Shown: piece after piece, positions 29,242 to 39,971 of the stretch
How positions within the stretch are numbered: position 1 is the stretch's first letter
How the letters are laid out: every line of letters begins with the position of its first letter
Notes under the pieces: model-generated
What the model saw: only the letters and a program-made list of their open reading frames with translations
Database searches by the model: none
What the model was told of the DNA's origin: nothing
Translations under genes and position numbers: made by a program
NCBI GenBank assembly: GCA_009691045.1
Contig: SHWC01000007.1
Span: 832-64,831, forward strand
Length of the DNA stretch: 64,000 bases
Direction: 5' to 3'
Origin: Alphaproteobacteria bacterium
GTDB lineage: Bacteria; Pseudomonadota; Alphaproteobacteria; UBA828

Positions 29242-31095
29242 ATGGTTCACCTCCCCCGCGAAGCGCGTGAGACGCCGAAAGGCCGCACCTCGCATCTGAA
29301 GACGATCGGCACGCTCCTGCCCTATTTGTGGCCGAAGGGCGAGACCGAGTTGCGCGCGCGCGTGCTGGTCGCGGTCGCGCTCCTGGTGTTGGCCAAGCTC
29401 GCCAATGTCTATGTGCCGATTCTCTACAAGGGCATGGTCGATGCGCTCTCAGGCACGGCGGGGCCCGAGCTCACCATCCCGATCGGCCTGTTGGTTGGCT
29501 ATGGCTTGCTACGCGTCGCCAATGTCGGCTTCGCCGAATTACGCGATGCCGTGTTTGCCAAGGTCGCCGAACGCGCGATCCGCACCGCCTCGCTCCGCAT
29601 CTTCGAACATTTGCACCGGCTTTCGCTTCGCTTCCATCTCGAGCGGCGCACCGGTGGCCTAAGCCGCGCGATCGAGCGTGGTTCGAAGGGCATCGAGTTT
29701 CTGCTCACCTTCATGACCTTCAACACGCTGCCGACGCTTGTCGAAATTACCATGGTGAGCGTGATTCTCTGGGGGCTCTACGGTTTCAGTTATGCCGCGG
29801 TAACCTTCGGCACGATTTTGACCTACATCGCCTTCACACTCAGCATCACCGAATGGCGCATCAAATATCGCCGGCGCATGAACGAGAAGGATTCCGAGGC
29901 CAACACCAAAGCGATCGATTCGCTGCTCAATTACGAGACAGTAAAATACTTCGGCAATGAGGGGCATGAAGCGCGCCGCTTCGATGAGTCGCGCAAAGCC
30001 TATGAAAGCGCCGCGGTCAGCTCCAAGACCTCGCTCTCGATGCTTAATCTCGGCCAAGGCGCGATCATCGCGGCTGGCGTCAGCGTGCTGATGCTGATGG
30101 CCGGCACCGAGGTGACCAAGGGCACGATGACGGTTGGCGACTTCGTGCTGGTCAACACCTATTTGATTCAGCTCTACATCCCGCTCAATTTTCTCGGTTT
30201 CGTGTATCGCGAAATGAAACAATCGCTGACCGATATGGAAGCGATGTTCACCTTGCTCAATGTCAACGTGGAAGTCAGGGACAAGCCCGACGCCCTGCCG
30301 CTCGCCGCCGGCCCGAGTGAAATTCGCTTCGATCACGTCTCGTTCAGCTATGAGCCGCGCCGCCGTATCCTCGACGACGTGTCTTTCACGGTCGAGCCTG
30401 GCGCGACACTTGCGGTGGTGGGCGCGAGCGGCGCCGGCAAGTCGACAATCTCCCGCATTCTGTTTCGCTTCTACGATATTGAAAATGGCGGCGTGACGAT
30501 CGATGGGCAGGATATTCGCGATATCCAGCAGACCTCCTTGCGGGCCGCCATTGGCATCGTGCCGCAAGACACCGTCCTCTTCAACGACACGATCTATTAC
30601 AACATCGCCTATGGCCGGCCGGGTGCCACCAAGGATGAGATCGAGGCCGCTGCCAAATTGGCGCGTATCCATGATTTCGTCACGACATTGCCGGATGGCT
30701 ATCGCTCGATGGTCGGCGAGCGCGGGCTCAAGCTCTCAGGCGGGGAAAAGCAGCGCGTCGCGATCGCGCGAACGATCCTAAAGAACCCGCGTATCCTTCT
30801 GTTCGATGAGGCAACGTCAGCGCTCGATTCGAAGACCGAGAAAGAGATTCAAGCGAGCCTCCGCGAGGTTTCCGCCAATCGTACGACCATCGTGATCGCG
30901 CATCGGCTCTCCACCATCGTCGATGCCGACCGCATCATCGTCATCGACGACGGCCGCTTGATCGAAAGCGGCCGGCATGCCGATCTTCTCGCGGCGAATG
31001 GCCGCTACGCCGAGATGTGGCGGCGCCAGCAGGAAACCGCCGAGATCGAGGCGCATTTATCCGAAGTGCGAGCCGCCGAAGGCGCCGCCGAATAG
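29242..31095 (+). CDS. ABCB half-transporter, Atm1/HMT1 family
   Basis: FHLERRTGGLSR, DSLLNYETVKYF, GASGAGKS, LSGGEKQR, DEATSALD. Confidence 0.94.
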   Translation: MVHLPREARETPKGRTSHLKTIGTLLPYLWPKGETELRARVLVAVALLVLAKLANVYVPILYKGMVDALSGTAGPELTIPIGLLVGYGLLRVANVGFAELRDAVFAKVAERAIRTASLRIFEHLHRLSLRFHLERRTGGLSRAIERGSKGIEFLLTFMTFNTLPTLVEITMVSVILWGLYGFSYAAVTFGTILTYIAFTLSITEWRIKYRRRMNEKDSEANTKAIDSLLNYETVKYFGNEGHEARRFDESRKAYESAAVSSKTSLSMLNLGQGAIIAAGVSVLMLMAGTEVTKGTMTVGDFVLVNTYLIQLYIPLNFLGFVYREMKQSLTDMEAMFTLLNVNVEVRDKPDALPLAAGPSEIRFDHVSFSYEPRRRILDDVSFTVEPGATLAVVGASGAGKSTISRILFRFYDIENGGVTIDGQDIRDIQQTSLRAAIGIVPQDTVLFNDTIYYNIAYGRPGATKDEIEAAAKLARIHDFVTTLPDGYRSMVGERGLKLSGGEKQRVAIARTILKNPRILLFDEATSALDSKTEKEIQASLREVSANRTTIVIAHRLSTIVDADRIIVIDDGRLIESGRHADLLAANGRYAEMWRRQQETAEIEAHLSEVRAAEGAAE

Positions 31096-31130
31096 GTCTC
31101 GTCAAGCCCCAATCAATTCACCAGGACAGC

Positions 31131-31763
31131 ATGGAAACCTTCTTAATATCCACAGGCACCGTGGCGCTTGCCGAGATGGGTGACAAAACCCAATTACTTG
31201 CGCTGGCGCTTGGCGCGCGATACCGCGCACCGCTGCCGATCATCCTTGGCATTCTTATCGCGACGCTTGCCAACCACGCGCTCGCTGGCGCGCTCGGCGC
31301 CGGCATTCAAGACGCGGTCGGCAGCGATGTGCTTCGTTATGTCGTCGGCGCTGGTTTTGTGGCGATTGCGATTTGGATGATGGTCCCCGACAAGCCGACC
31401 GCGCGCACCTTCGGCGACGACATGGGCCCGCTCGTCGCGACGATCATCAGCTTTTTCATCGCCGAAATGGGCGACAAGACGCAACTCGCCACGGTCGCTC
31501 TGGCCGGCCACGCCAATAGCCTCATTCTCGTCATCGTGGGCACCACGCTCGGCATGATGATCGCCAATGTGCCGGTTGTTTTTATCGGCAATTTCGCCGG
31601 CAAGCATTTGCCGCTTGCGCTCATTCGCGGGATCGCGGCGCTGGTTTTTGCCGTCGTCGGCGTGCTGATCTTGGTTGGGATCGATTTTGGCCTGACCGAC
31701 CGGCTGGAGCCGTCGCCGCAGCCGGACAAGACCGAAGTCAGGCCGGCACCTGAAGGGTCTTGA
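31131..31763 (+). CDS. TMEM165/GDT1 (UPF0016) putative Mn2+/Ca2+ exporter
   Basis: two EMGDKTQL motifs; AGGA RBS before METFLIS. Confidence 0.93.
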   Translation: METFLISTGTVALAEMGDKTQLLALALGARYRAPLPIILGILIATLANHALAGALGAGIQDAVGSDVLRYVVGAGFVAIAIWMMVPDKPTARTFGDDMGPLVATIISFFIAEMGDKTQLATVALAGHANSLILVIVGTTLGMMIANVPVVFIGNFAGKHLPLALIRGIAALVFAVVGVLILVGIDFGLTDRLEPSPQPDKTEVRPAPEGS

Positions 31764-31935
31764 ACTCTTGTGACGTGTCGCGGCGAGACGGCCGCAGGGG
31801 GCTTTGCGAGACTCTGGCCTCGGGTGGCGGGCCGAGTTGGCCGTTGCAAGGCTTGCCGTGCAACTGGCGCGGCCGCGGTGGAAGCCCGTGAGGCCGCGCG
31901 GGCGCCTAAAGAAGGCCGGAAATCCGGGGGCAAGG

Positions 31936-31964
31936 CTTGACGAGCGGGGTGGAACCGGCTACAC
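31936..31964 (+). promoter_or_regulatory. putative sigma70 promoter of rpmB
   Basis: CTTGAC-N17-CTACAC, alphaproteobacterial-style. Confidence 0.4.
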
Positions 31965-32043
31965 GATGCGCCCCCGGCCCTGCCCCTTTGGCGAGACGCG
32001 GGATTAAGCGTTTTGACCGATTGAAGGCTGCGAGGAGAGTGCC

Positions 32044-32346
32044 ATGTCGCGCCGCTGTGAGCTGACCGGCAAGGGTGTGCTGTCCGGTAATAACGTCAGC
32101 CATGCCAATAACAAGACACGCCGGCGCTATTTGCCGAATTTGCAGCCGATTTCGTTCCTGAGCGACGCACTCGGGCGGACCGTCAGGCTCCGCGTGGCAA
32201 CCCGCACGATCAAGACCGTCGAACGCCATGGCGGGCTCGATAGCTATCTCGCGTCGGTCAAGGACGACAGACTGTCGGTCAAGGCACTTGGCCTGAAACG
32301 CAGGGTTGCCAAAATCCGCGCGGCGGCCGAAGCCAAAGCAGGCTAA
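32044..32346 (+). CDS. rpmB: 50S ribosomal protein L28
   Basis: [29 protein letters not shown]. Confidence 0.98.
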   Translation: MSRRCELTGKGVLSGNNVSHANNKTRRRYLPNLQPISFLSDALGRTVRLRVATRTIKTVERHGGLDSYLASVKDDRLSVKALGLKRRVAKIRAAAEAKAG

Positions 32347-32475
32347 TCGGCGCGCGAGCTAGTGAGCCGTGCCCTGCTTTGTCAGGGCCGGCAATGGCGG
32401 AACGTGGCGGCGCACCCGATCGGGCGACCCCGCCTTGTCTTGCCATCATAAATACCGTTCGCCATAGTCCGCGCC

Positions 32476-33069
32476 ATGCAAGCTGCCCCCTTCCCTTTGC
32501 GCGCCCTTCTCCTTCCGGCGCTCGCCATGATCGTGGTGATCGCGGTCTCGAACGTCGCGGTGCAATACCCGATCAATGACTGGCTTACTTGGGGCGCCTT
32601 CACCTATCCGCTGACCTTCTTTGTGTCGGACCTGACCAATCGGTCCCAGGGACCGGCGCGGGCGCGTCTCGTCGCCTATATTGGTTTTCCCTTCGGCATC
32701 GGCCTTTCCATTCTAGTTTCGGTGCTTTGGGGGCTTGAACCTTGGCTGGCCGTGCGGATCGCACTCGCCTCAGGCTTTGCCTTCCTGTGCGGCCAGGTTC
32801 TCGACATCACGGTTTTCAACTGGCTCAGGCGCCAGGCCTGGTGGCGCGCACCGCTGATCTCGCCGGTCATCGCATCGGCGGTCGATACCGCCATCTTTTT
32901 TACGGCGGCGTTCGCGTTTACGGGCCTGCCCTGGTTGAGCTGGGCCTATGGCGATTTCGGCATCAAAGTTGGCATGGCGATCGTGCTCCTGGCGCCGTTC
33001 CGCCTGTTGATGCCAGTGGTCGCACCGGGGCTTTATCAACCTTCGACGCCCGCTCGCGGTGCGCGATGA
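32476..33069 (+). CDS. VUT family (queuosine precursor) transporter
   Basis: [42 protein letters not shown]. Confidence 0.88.
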   Translation: MQAAPFPLRALLLPALAMIVVIAVSNVAVQYPINDWLTWGAFTYPLTFFVSDLTNRSQGPARARLVAYIGFPFGIGLSILVSVLWGLEPWLAVRIALASGFAFLCGQVLDITVFNWLRRQAWWRAPLISPVIASAVDTAIFFTAAFAFTGLPWLSWAYGDFGIKVGMAIVLLAPFRLLMPVVAPGLYQPSTPARGAR

Positions 33070-33746
33070 GCAACAATGTCGATCTCAGCGCTGAACTCGC
33101 GCGCGCGGCGGAGTTTCCCAATCTCAACCTCGTCCATCACCCTTTGGTGCGCCACAAGCTGACGCATTTGCGCGCGAAGGAAACGCCGACCAGCCAATGG
33201 CGGCCGCTGATCCGCGAGATCGCTTTGCTCATTGGTTATGAGATCACGCGCCGACTTGATCTCCGCAGCGCGCAAATCGAAACCCCCATCACGCGGATGG
33301 ACGCGCCGGTCTTGGCGGGATTGCCGCCCGCGGTGGTGCCGATCCTGCGCGCCGGGCTCGGCATGGCGGAAGGTCTGGTCGAACTGATGCCGGGCGCGCC
33401 GATCGGCCATATCGGGCTCTATCGCGACCACACGACCAAGTTGCCGGTTGAATATTATGTTCGTCTGCCCGAGGCGAAGAACCGTCTCTTCATCCTGGTT
33501 GACCCAATGCTGGCGACCGGCAATTCGGCGTCTTATGCGGTTGACGTGCTGAACAAGCACGGCGTTGGCGATGAAAACGTGCGCGTCATGGCCCTCGTGA
33601 GCGCGCCCGAAGGCATGCGCATCTTCAATCAAAAGCATCCGACCGTGCAGGTTTGGGCCGCCGCGCTCGATGAGCAATTGAATGAGAAGGCCTATATCGT
33701 GCCCGGCCTTGGCGATGCGGGCGATCGCTTGTTCGGCACGGAATAG
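33066..33746 (+). CDS. upp: uracil phosphoribosyltransferase
   Basis: [42 protein letters not shown]; ATGA overlap. Confidence 0.97.
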   Translation: MSNNVDLSAELARAAEFPNLNLVHHPLVRHKLTHLRAKETPTSQWRPLIREIALLIGYEITRRLDLRSAQIETPITRMDAPVLAGLPPAVVPILRAGLGMAEGLVELMPGAPIGHIGLYRDHTTKLPVEYYVRLPEAKNRLFILVDPMLATGNSASYAVDVLNKHGVGDENVRVMALVSAPEGMRIFNQKHPTVQVWAAALDEQLNEKAYIVPGLGDAGDRLFGTE

Positions 33747-33755
33747 GCGCCTAAA

Positions 33756-35147
33756 TCACGCCTGCAACGCCTTGACGATTTCCTCGACCATTTTCTTGGC
33801 GTCGCCAAACAACATCATGGTGTTCTGGTTATAGAACACCGGATTGTCGATGCCGGCATAGCCGGGCGCGAGCGAGCGCTTGACGAACAGCACCGTCTTT
33901 GCCTTTTCGACATCCAAGATCGGCATGCCGGCGATCGGCGAGGATGGATCGGTCTTGGCCAGCGGATTGGTCACGTCATTGGCGCCGATCACGAAGGCGA
34001 CATCGGTGTTCGGCAAATCGCTATTGATGTCGTCGAGCTCGAAGACTTCGTCATAAGACACATTTGCTTCGGCGAGCAGCACGTTCATGTGCCCCGGCAT
34101 GCGGCCCGCGACGGGGTGAATGGCATAGCGCACATTGACGCCCGCCTTCTTCAACAGGTCGCCCATCTCGCGGATGGCGTGCTGCGCCTGCGCCACGGCG
34201 AGACCATAGCCCGGCACAATGACGACCGAGCCCGCGTTCGACATGATGAAGGCGGCGTCCTCGGCGCTGCCGGGTTTCACCGTCTTGTCCTTGGCGCCGG
34301 TGCTGATGGTCGAGGCCGTCGCGCCAAAGCCACCCATGATCACGCTGATGAACGAGCGGTTCATCGCTTTGCACATGATATAGGAGAGGATCGCGCCCGA
34401 TGAGCCAACCAGCGCGCCGACGATGATCAGAACGGTATTTTCGAGCGTGAAACCGATGCCAGCGGCGGCCCAGCCCGAATAGGAATTCAGCATCGAGATC
34501 ACGACCGGCATGTCGGCGCCGCCAATCGGCATGATCAGCAGGACGCCGAAAAGCAATGCGAGCCCGGTCATGATCCAAAACAAGGTCGGCGATTGCGTGA
34601 GGCAGAACAGAACTGCCAGCGCGACGATGCCGAGCAGGAGGCAAAGGTTGACCAAATGCTGGCCCTTGAATACCAAGGGCACGCCGGTCATCAGCTCTTG
34701 GAGCTTGGCGAACGCGATGATCGAACCGGTAAAGGTGAGCGCGCCGATCACGACGCCAATCGACATTTCGATCCGACTGATCAAGCGAATGCCGGCCTCG
34801 TCCGTGATGCCGAAGACTTCGGGGCTGTGGAGCGTGGCGCCGGCGACCAGCACGGCGGCGAGGCCGACCAGGCTGTGGAAGCCGGCGACCAATTGCGGCA
34901 TCGCGGTCATCTTGATTTTAAGCGCGATCGTGGTGCCGATCAGGCCACCCGCGACGATGCCGATCGCGATCCAGAGATAGTCTTCGACGCTCGATTGCGC
35001 GAGCGTGGTGCCAACCGCGATCACCATGCCGGCGATACCGAACAAATTGCCTTGGCGCGCCGATTTAGGCGAGGACAGCCCGCGCAGCGCCATGATGAAT
35101 AAGACGCCCGCGATCAAATAGAGGATCGCGGCGAGATTGGCTGACAT
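33756..35147 (-). CDS. pntB: NAD(P) transhydrogenase beta subunit
   Basis: MPQLVAGFHS, IGGADMPVV, PGYG, HPVAGRMPGHMNVLLAEA. Confidence 0.97.
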   Translation of the reverse strand: MSANLAAILYLIAGVLFIMALRGLSSPKSARQGNLFGIAGMVIAVGTTLAQSSVEDYLWIAIGIVAGGLIGTTIALKIKMTAMPQLVAGFHSLVGLAAVLVAGATLHSPEVFGITDEAGIRLISRIEMSIGVVIGALTFTGSIIAFAKLQELMTGVPLVFKGQHLVNLCLLLGIVALAVLFCLTQSPTLFWIMTGLALLFGVLLIMPIGGADMPVVISMLNSYSGWAAAGIGFTLENTVLIIVGALVGSSGAILSYIMCKAMNRSFISVIMGGFGATASTISTGAKDKTVKPGSAEDAAFIMSNAGSVVIVPGYGLAVAQAQHAIREMGDLLKKAGVNVRYAIHPVAGRMPGHMNVLLAEANVSYDEVFELDDINSDLPNTDVAFVIGANDVTNPLAKTDPSSPIAGMPILDVEKAKTVLFVKRSLAPGYAGIDNPVFYNQNTMMLFGDAKKMVEEIVKALQA

Positions 35148-35159
35148 CCCGGCGGTCCC

Positions 35160-35459
35160 CTATTTCTTCTTCTTGAACATTTGAAGCATGCGTTGGGTCA
35201 CGGTGAAGCCGCCGAATATATTGACCGCGGCGAGCCCGACCGCAATGCCGCCGAACAGCTTACCAATGCCGCCTTCAAGCGGTGTCGCAGCCAAGAGCGC
35301 GCCGACGATGATCACGCTCGAAATCGCGTTGGTGACCGACATCAGTGGCGTATGGAGCGCCGGCGTCACGCTCCACACCACGTAATAGCCGACAAACACC
35401 GCGAGCACGAACACCGTGATCGAGAGGATCAGCGGGTGGACATGGAGGATCTGTTCCAT
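35160..35459 (-). CDS. pntAb: NAD(P) transhydrogenase alpha subunit part 2
   Basis: [30 protein letters not shown]. Confidence 0.96.
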   Translation of the reverse strand: MEQILHVHPLILSITVFVLAVFVGYYVVWSVTPALHTPLMSVTNAISSVIIVGALLAATPLEGGIGKLFGGIAVGLAAVNIFGGFTVTQRMLQMFKKKK

Positions 35460-35461
35460 GC

Positions 35462-36622
35462 TCAGAGTTCCTTGCTTTGCAAAAGGGCGGGATTGACGAC
35501 CTGCCCATCACGGGTGAGCAGCGCTCCCTTGATTACTTCATCGCCAAAATCGATCTTGAGGCCACGGCTTGCCTTGTCGACCATCGGCGCGACAAAATTG
35601 TAGAGATTGCGCGCATAGAGAACGCTGCAATCGGTCGGCACACGCGCGGCATAGTTGGTGTGACCGATGATCGTGACGCCGTGTTTGACGACGATACGGC
35701 CCGGCTCGGTCAATTCGCAATTGCCGCCCGTATCGGCGGCCAAATCGACGATCACGGAACCCAGCTTCATGTCGCGCACCATCTCCGCGTCGATTAGGCG
35801 CGGCGCCGGCTTGCCCGGAATTTGGGCCGTGGTAATGGCAATATCCTGTTTGCGCAACGTCTCATGGATCACCTCGCGCTGGCGGCGCTGATAATCCGCG
35901 CTCATTTCACGTGCATAACCGCCCTTGGTTTCGGCCGTTGCTAATTCTTCACTCTTCACCTCGATAAAGGTCGCGCCAAGACTTTCGACTTGTTCCTTGA
36001 CCGCCGGGCGCACATCAAAGGCCGAGACCAGCGCGCCAAGCCGCCGCGCGGTCGCGATGGCTTGAAGTCCCGCGACGCCAGCGCCTAATATCACCACGCG
36101 CGCGGCCGGAATCGTGCCCGCCGCCGTCATCATCATCGGCAACATGCGGCCGAACGCGCCCGCGGCATCCAAGACCGCCTTGTAGCCAGCGACATTACTT
36201 TGTGATGACAGTGCATCCATGGTCTGAGCGCGGCTAATGCGGGGGACAAGCTCCATCGCAAAGGTCGTGACCCCGCGCTTGGCATAGTCCTCGACCTGAG
36301 CCCGCCGATAGAGCGGTTGCAGCAGCCCGATCAGGACGGTGCTTTTCTTCATCAGGCCGAGTTCATCGGGGCCGCCCTCGGCCTCGGTCATCGGGCACTG
36401 AACCTTCAGCACGAGGTCGGCTTCGTCATAAAGGGCGGCCGTGCCGGGTACGATGCGCGCGCCCACAGCCTGAAGTGCGGCGTCCGAAATCGACGCCTGT
36501 TCGCCGGCCCCCGCCTCCACCAGCACCTCGACGCCGAGCGATACAAACCGTTTTACCGAATCGGGCGACGTGGCCACCCGCGTCTCGCCGGCACGTATTT
36601 CCTTCGGAATGCCGATTTTCAT
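35462..36622 (-). CDS. pntAa: NAD(P) transhydrogenase alpha subunit part 1
   Basis: [40 protein letters not shown]. Confidence 0.96.
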   Translation of the reverse strand: MKIGIPKEIRAGETRVATSPDSVKRFVSLGVEVLVEAGAGEQASISDAALQAVGARIVPGTAALYDEADLVLKVQCPMTEAEGGPDELGLMKKSTVLIGLLQPLYRRAQVEDYAKRGVTTFAMELVPRISRAQTMDALSSQSNVAGYKAVLDAAGAFGRMLPMMMTAAGTIPAARVVILGAGVAGLQAIATARRLGALVSAFDVRPAVKEQVESLGATFIEVKSEELATAETKGGYAREMSADYQRRQREVIHETLRKQDIAITTAQIPGKPAPRLIDAEMVRDMKLGSVIVDLAADTGGNCELTEPGRIVVKHGVTIIGHTNYAARVPTDCSVLYARNLYNFVAPMVDKASRGLKIDFGDEVIKGALLTRDGQVVNPALLQSKEL

Positions 36623-36709
36623 TCAAGACCCTCTGGGCACGACTCGGCCCCTTGTGAGCGCCGGGACAATGCCCCTTCGGCTTCGGTTTGTGAAGCCGCG
36701 CCGATCGGC

Positions 36710-38062
36710 CTAGAAGGCGGCCGGCACCCCCGCCTTCGCGAGCGCCTTGGTCTGCCGGCGTTCGAGCCCAGCCGCGTCGAACCCCTCGATCAGCGTTTCG
36801 AACAATCGGCGCCAATTGAGCTCCGCGTTGAGATGCATGAAAACCGAGCCCAGCCCGATCGCGGAGCGATCCAACAAGACAAATTCACGCGGCGGGGCGA
36901 CACCGCCGAGCCGCCGCACCTCCCGATGCACATTCGCCGCCACTTCGGCGCCATAGCGCACGCCGGCGCCCTCATCGATTCGGCGGCGCCGGTCCTCAAG
37001 CAGCGGAGCGTAAAGATAGCGCGCCCATAGATTGAGCGCCTCGACCATCGCGCGGCTTAAGCCCTTGAAACCCCAAATCTCATAGGCAGCCACTGCGGCG
37101 GCTTCGTCGTTCGCTTCAATGGCGCGATAGAGCGCAATCACACCGCCGACAAAACGTGGCGAGAACACCCTGATACAGCCGAAATCGAGCAAATTGAGTT
37201 CGCCCTCATCGGTTGCGTTATAATTGCCAAGATGCGGATCGCCATGCAGAACGCCATAGCGATAAAACGGCACATACCACGCGTGAAAGAGGCGCTCGGC
37301 CAATCGATTCCGTAGATCTTGATCGGCGTCTCGAAAGGCGAGTAGTGATTCGCCGTCGAGCCAGTTCATGGTGATCAGGCGCTTGGTCGAAAGCGCGGGA
37401 ACAACATCGGGCACGCGAACGCCTTCGACGCTATCGAGCATCCCGGCATAGAGCCGCATGTGGCTTGCCTCGCGCTCATAGTCGAGTTCCTCGCGAAGCC
37501 GTGCTGCGATCTCCTCGAGGATATGTCGTGTGTCGATCGCCGGGTCGTAACGCCGATAGAGCCCGAAGATGAAGCGAAGTTGGGCAAGATCGGCTTGGAC
37601 GGTGGACGCCATGTCGGGATATTGCAGCTTGCACGCGAGCGCCTTGCCATTGAGCGCGACCGCGCGGTGAACCTGACCGAGCGAAGCCGCGGCCGCCGCC
37701 TCGGGCTCGAAAGAGCGAAATCGTTTCGGCCATTCCGGCCCCAACTCGCTCGCCATGCGCCGTCTGACGAAGGCATAGCCCATGGATGGTGCTTGCGATT
37801 GGAGCGTCGAGAGCTCCCGCACATAATCTTCCGGCATGGCCTCGGGCACGGTGGCCATGAGTTGCGCCACCTTCATCAACGGCCCCTTCAGCCCGCCGAG
37901 CGCGCGGCGCAATTCAGCGGCATTCTTGGCCCGATCCTTGGGCAAACCGAGATAACGCTGGCCGGCCATGCGCGCGCCCACGCCGCCGAGCGTGGCGCCG
38001 ACTTTGGCGTAGCGCCGCACCCGGCCGCTGAAGTGATCGCGCTCGTCTCGATCGGACACCAT
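36710..38062 (-). CDS. ABC1/AarF/UbiB family atypical kinase
   Basis: LKGPLMKVAQ, AAASLGQVH, KLQYP, EELDY, HGDPHLGN, LLDFG. Confidence 0.93.
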   Translation of the reverse strand: MVSDRDERDHFSGRVRRYAKVGATLGGVGARMAGQRYLGLPKDRAKNAAELRRALGGLKGPLMKVAQLMATVPEAMPEDYVRELSTLQSQAPSMGYAFVRRRMASELGPEWPKRFRSFEPEAAAAASLGQVHRAVALNGKALACKLQYPDMASTVQADLAQLRFIFGLYRRYDPAIDTRHILEEIAARLREELDYEREASHMRLYAGMLDSVEGVRVPDVVPALSTKRLITMNWLDGESLLAFRDADQDLRNRLAERLFHAWYVPFYRYGVLHGDPHLGNYNATDEGELNLLDFGCIRVFSPRFVGGVIALYRAIEANDEAAAVAAYEIWGFKGLSRAMVEALNLWARYLYAPLLEDRRRRIDEGAGVRYGAEVAANVHREVRRLGGVAPPREFVLLDRSAIGLGSVFMHLNAELNWRRLFETLIEGFDAAGLERRQTKALAKAGVPAAF

Positions 38063-38074
38063 CAACCTAGGACA

Positions 38075-39868
38075 TCAAAGTTCGGTCTCGAGCTCATCAA
38101 TCAGGCCCGAAATCACGCCAAGACCCTTTGACCAGAATTTCGGATCGCTGGCATCGAGGCCAAAGGGAGCCAGAAGCTCCTTATGCCTGAGCGTCGAACC
38201 GGCGCGTAACATGGTGAGATATTTCTCCTGAAAGCCCCGCGCCGCGTCTTGGTAGACGGCATAAAGCGCATTGACCAGGCAATCGCCAAACGCATAGGCG
38301 TAAACGTAGAAGGGCGAATGGATGAAGTGCGAGATATAGGCCCAATAGGGACGATAATCGTCGTTGAAGTGGATGGCGGGGCCTAGGCTCTCGCGCTGTA
38401 TCGAAAACCAAATCTCGCCAATCGCCTCGGGCGAGAGTTCGCCCTTGCGCCGTTCATCGTGCATGCGTCGCTCGAAGTCGCAGAACGCGACCTGACGCAC
38501 CACCGTGTTGATCATGTCCTCAACCTTGCCGGCGATCATGACACGCCGGCGCTTCTTGTCGGTCTCGGCGTTTAACAGGCTGCGGAAGGTCAGCTGCTCG
38601 CCAAACACCGAAGCCGTCTCGGCCAGCGTCAAGGGCGTCGACATCATCAAGGGACCATTCGGGCCTGAAAGCACATTGTGCACGCCATGGCCAAGCTCAT
38701 GCGCGAGGGTCATGACATCGCGCGTTTTGCCCTGATAATTGACCAGCAAATAGGGATGCGCGCTCGGCACCGTGCCGTGCGCGAAGGCGCCGCTGGCCTT
38801 GCCAGGGCCGATGGGCGCGTGAATCCAATTTTCATCGAAAAACCGCTTGCCGATCTTCGCAAGCTCAGGCGAGAACGCGGCATAAGAGGTCAACACGGTT
38901 TCGATCGCTTCGGGCCAGGGAATGACCCGATCGTCATCATCGGGCAGCGGCGCCGAGCGATCATAATATTCGAGTTTGTCGAGCCCGAGCCAACGGGCCT
39001 TCAACGCGTAATAGCGGTGCGATAGATTGGGATAGGCCGCGCGCACCGCGCTGGTCAGCGCATCGACCACCTCGTCTTCAACCTGATTTGAAACATTGCG
39101 CGACGAGATTGGCAATTTGTAGCCGCGCCAACGATCGTCGATTTCCTTCTCTTTGATCAGCGTGTTGAACACCAGCGCGAAGAGCCGAATATTGTCATTC
39201 AGGACGCCGCTCAAGGCCGTGCCCGCCTCGCGCCGAACCGTACGGTCCTTGTTCGAAAGTAAATTGAGCACTTCGGACGTCGTGAGCGATTTGCCGCCTA
39301 TTGTGCAGCGCAAGCCCGCGAGCGTTTCATCGAACAGACGGCTCCATGCGGCGGTACCGACCACGTTGCGCTCGTGCAGGAGTTTTTCCACCTCATCGGA
39401 GAGTTGATAGGGTTGGAAGGCGCGGGTATCTCTGATCCATGGCTTGAAGCGCGCAAGACGACACGCGGTCAGAATCTTTTGCAAGGACGCCTCTTCGATC
39501 TTATTGATCTCAAGCGTCACGAACAGGAGATCGGTCGAAATATCCGACACGCGCTCTTGGATCGTCTGATTGAAGGTCGCGCGCGCGCTTTCCTGCATGT
39601 CCGTGCAGTAATAGAGAAAGCCATAGCTCGAAATACGCCCAAGCATCTCGGACAGGCCTTCATAGGCCTCAAGCACGGTCGCCAAGCCCTCGCCATCAAG
39701 CCCATTGAGCTTGCCGGCATAGCGTGCGTTTAGGTCGCGCGCGATTTTGGCGGCGGCGTCGAGATCGGCCGTCAATTTGGGGTCGTTGGTGCCCTTATAA
39801 AGATCGTCCAAATTCCAGACCGGCAGGTCGCCGAGGGAGGCCGAGCCCTTTTTTACTGTTTGCGTCAT
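38075..39868 (-). CDS. pepF: M3 family oligoendopeptidase F
   Basis: WNLDDLY, GKASGAF, TLAHELGHGVH, AETASVFGE, HSPFYVYAY. Confidence 0.93.
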   Translation of the reverse strand: MTQTVKKGSASLGDLPVWNLDDLYKGTNDPKLTADLDAAAKIARDLNARYAGKLNGLDGEGLATVLEAYEGLSEMLGRISSYGFLYYCTDMQESARATFNQTIQERVSDISTDLLFVTLEINKIEEASLQKILTACRLARFKPWIRDTRAFQPYQLSDEVEKLLHERNVVGTAAWSRLFDETLAGLRCTIGGKSLTTSEVLNLLSNKDRTVRREAGTALSGVLNDNIRLFALVFNTLIKEKEIDDRWRGYKLPISSRNVSNQVEDEVVDALTSAVRAAYPNLSHRYYALKARWLGLDKLEYYDRSAPLPDDDDRVIPWPEAIETVLTSYAAFSPELAKIGKRFFDENWIHAPIGPGKASGAFAHGTVPSAHPYLLVNYQGKTRDVMTLAHELGHGVHNVLSGPNGPLMMSTPLTLAETASVFGEQLTFRSLLNAETDKKRRRVMIAGKVEDMINTVVRQVAFCDFERRMHDERRKGELSPEAIGEIWFSIQRESLGPAIHFNDDYRPYWAYISHFIHSPFYVYAYAFGDCLVNALYAVYQDAARGFQEKYLTMLRAGSTLRHKELLAPFGLDASDPKFWSKGLGVISGLIDELETEL

Positions 39869-39971
39869 GCCAATTTCTTCGCGCGTCGCCGCGCCTCCTT
39901 TTGATTCCTGCTTGGGTAGAGAAGTCTAATCCCATTATGATCAGGCCGAAACCGCGAACGGGCCCGCCGCC

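Noticed and set aside
31095-31131. yybP-ykoY Mn riboswitch expected before the UPF0016 gene
   Set aside because: There are only 35 nt between the genes, with no room or motif.
31764-32043. GC-rich intergenic region as possible ncRNA or third MITE copy
   Set aside because: No TAGAGC ends, no similarity to the MITE core and no recognisable RNA family; only a plausible promoter.
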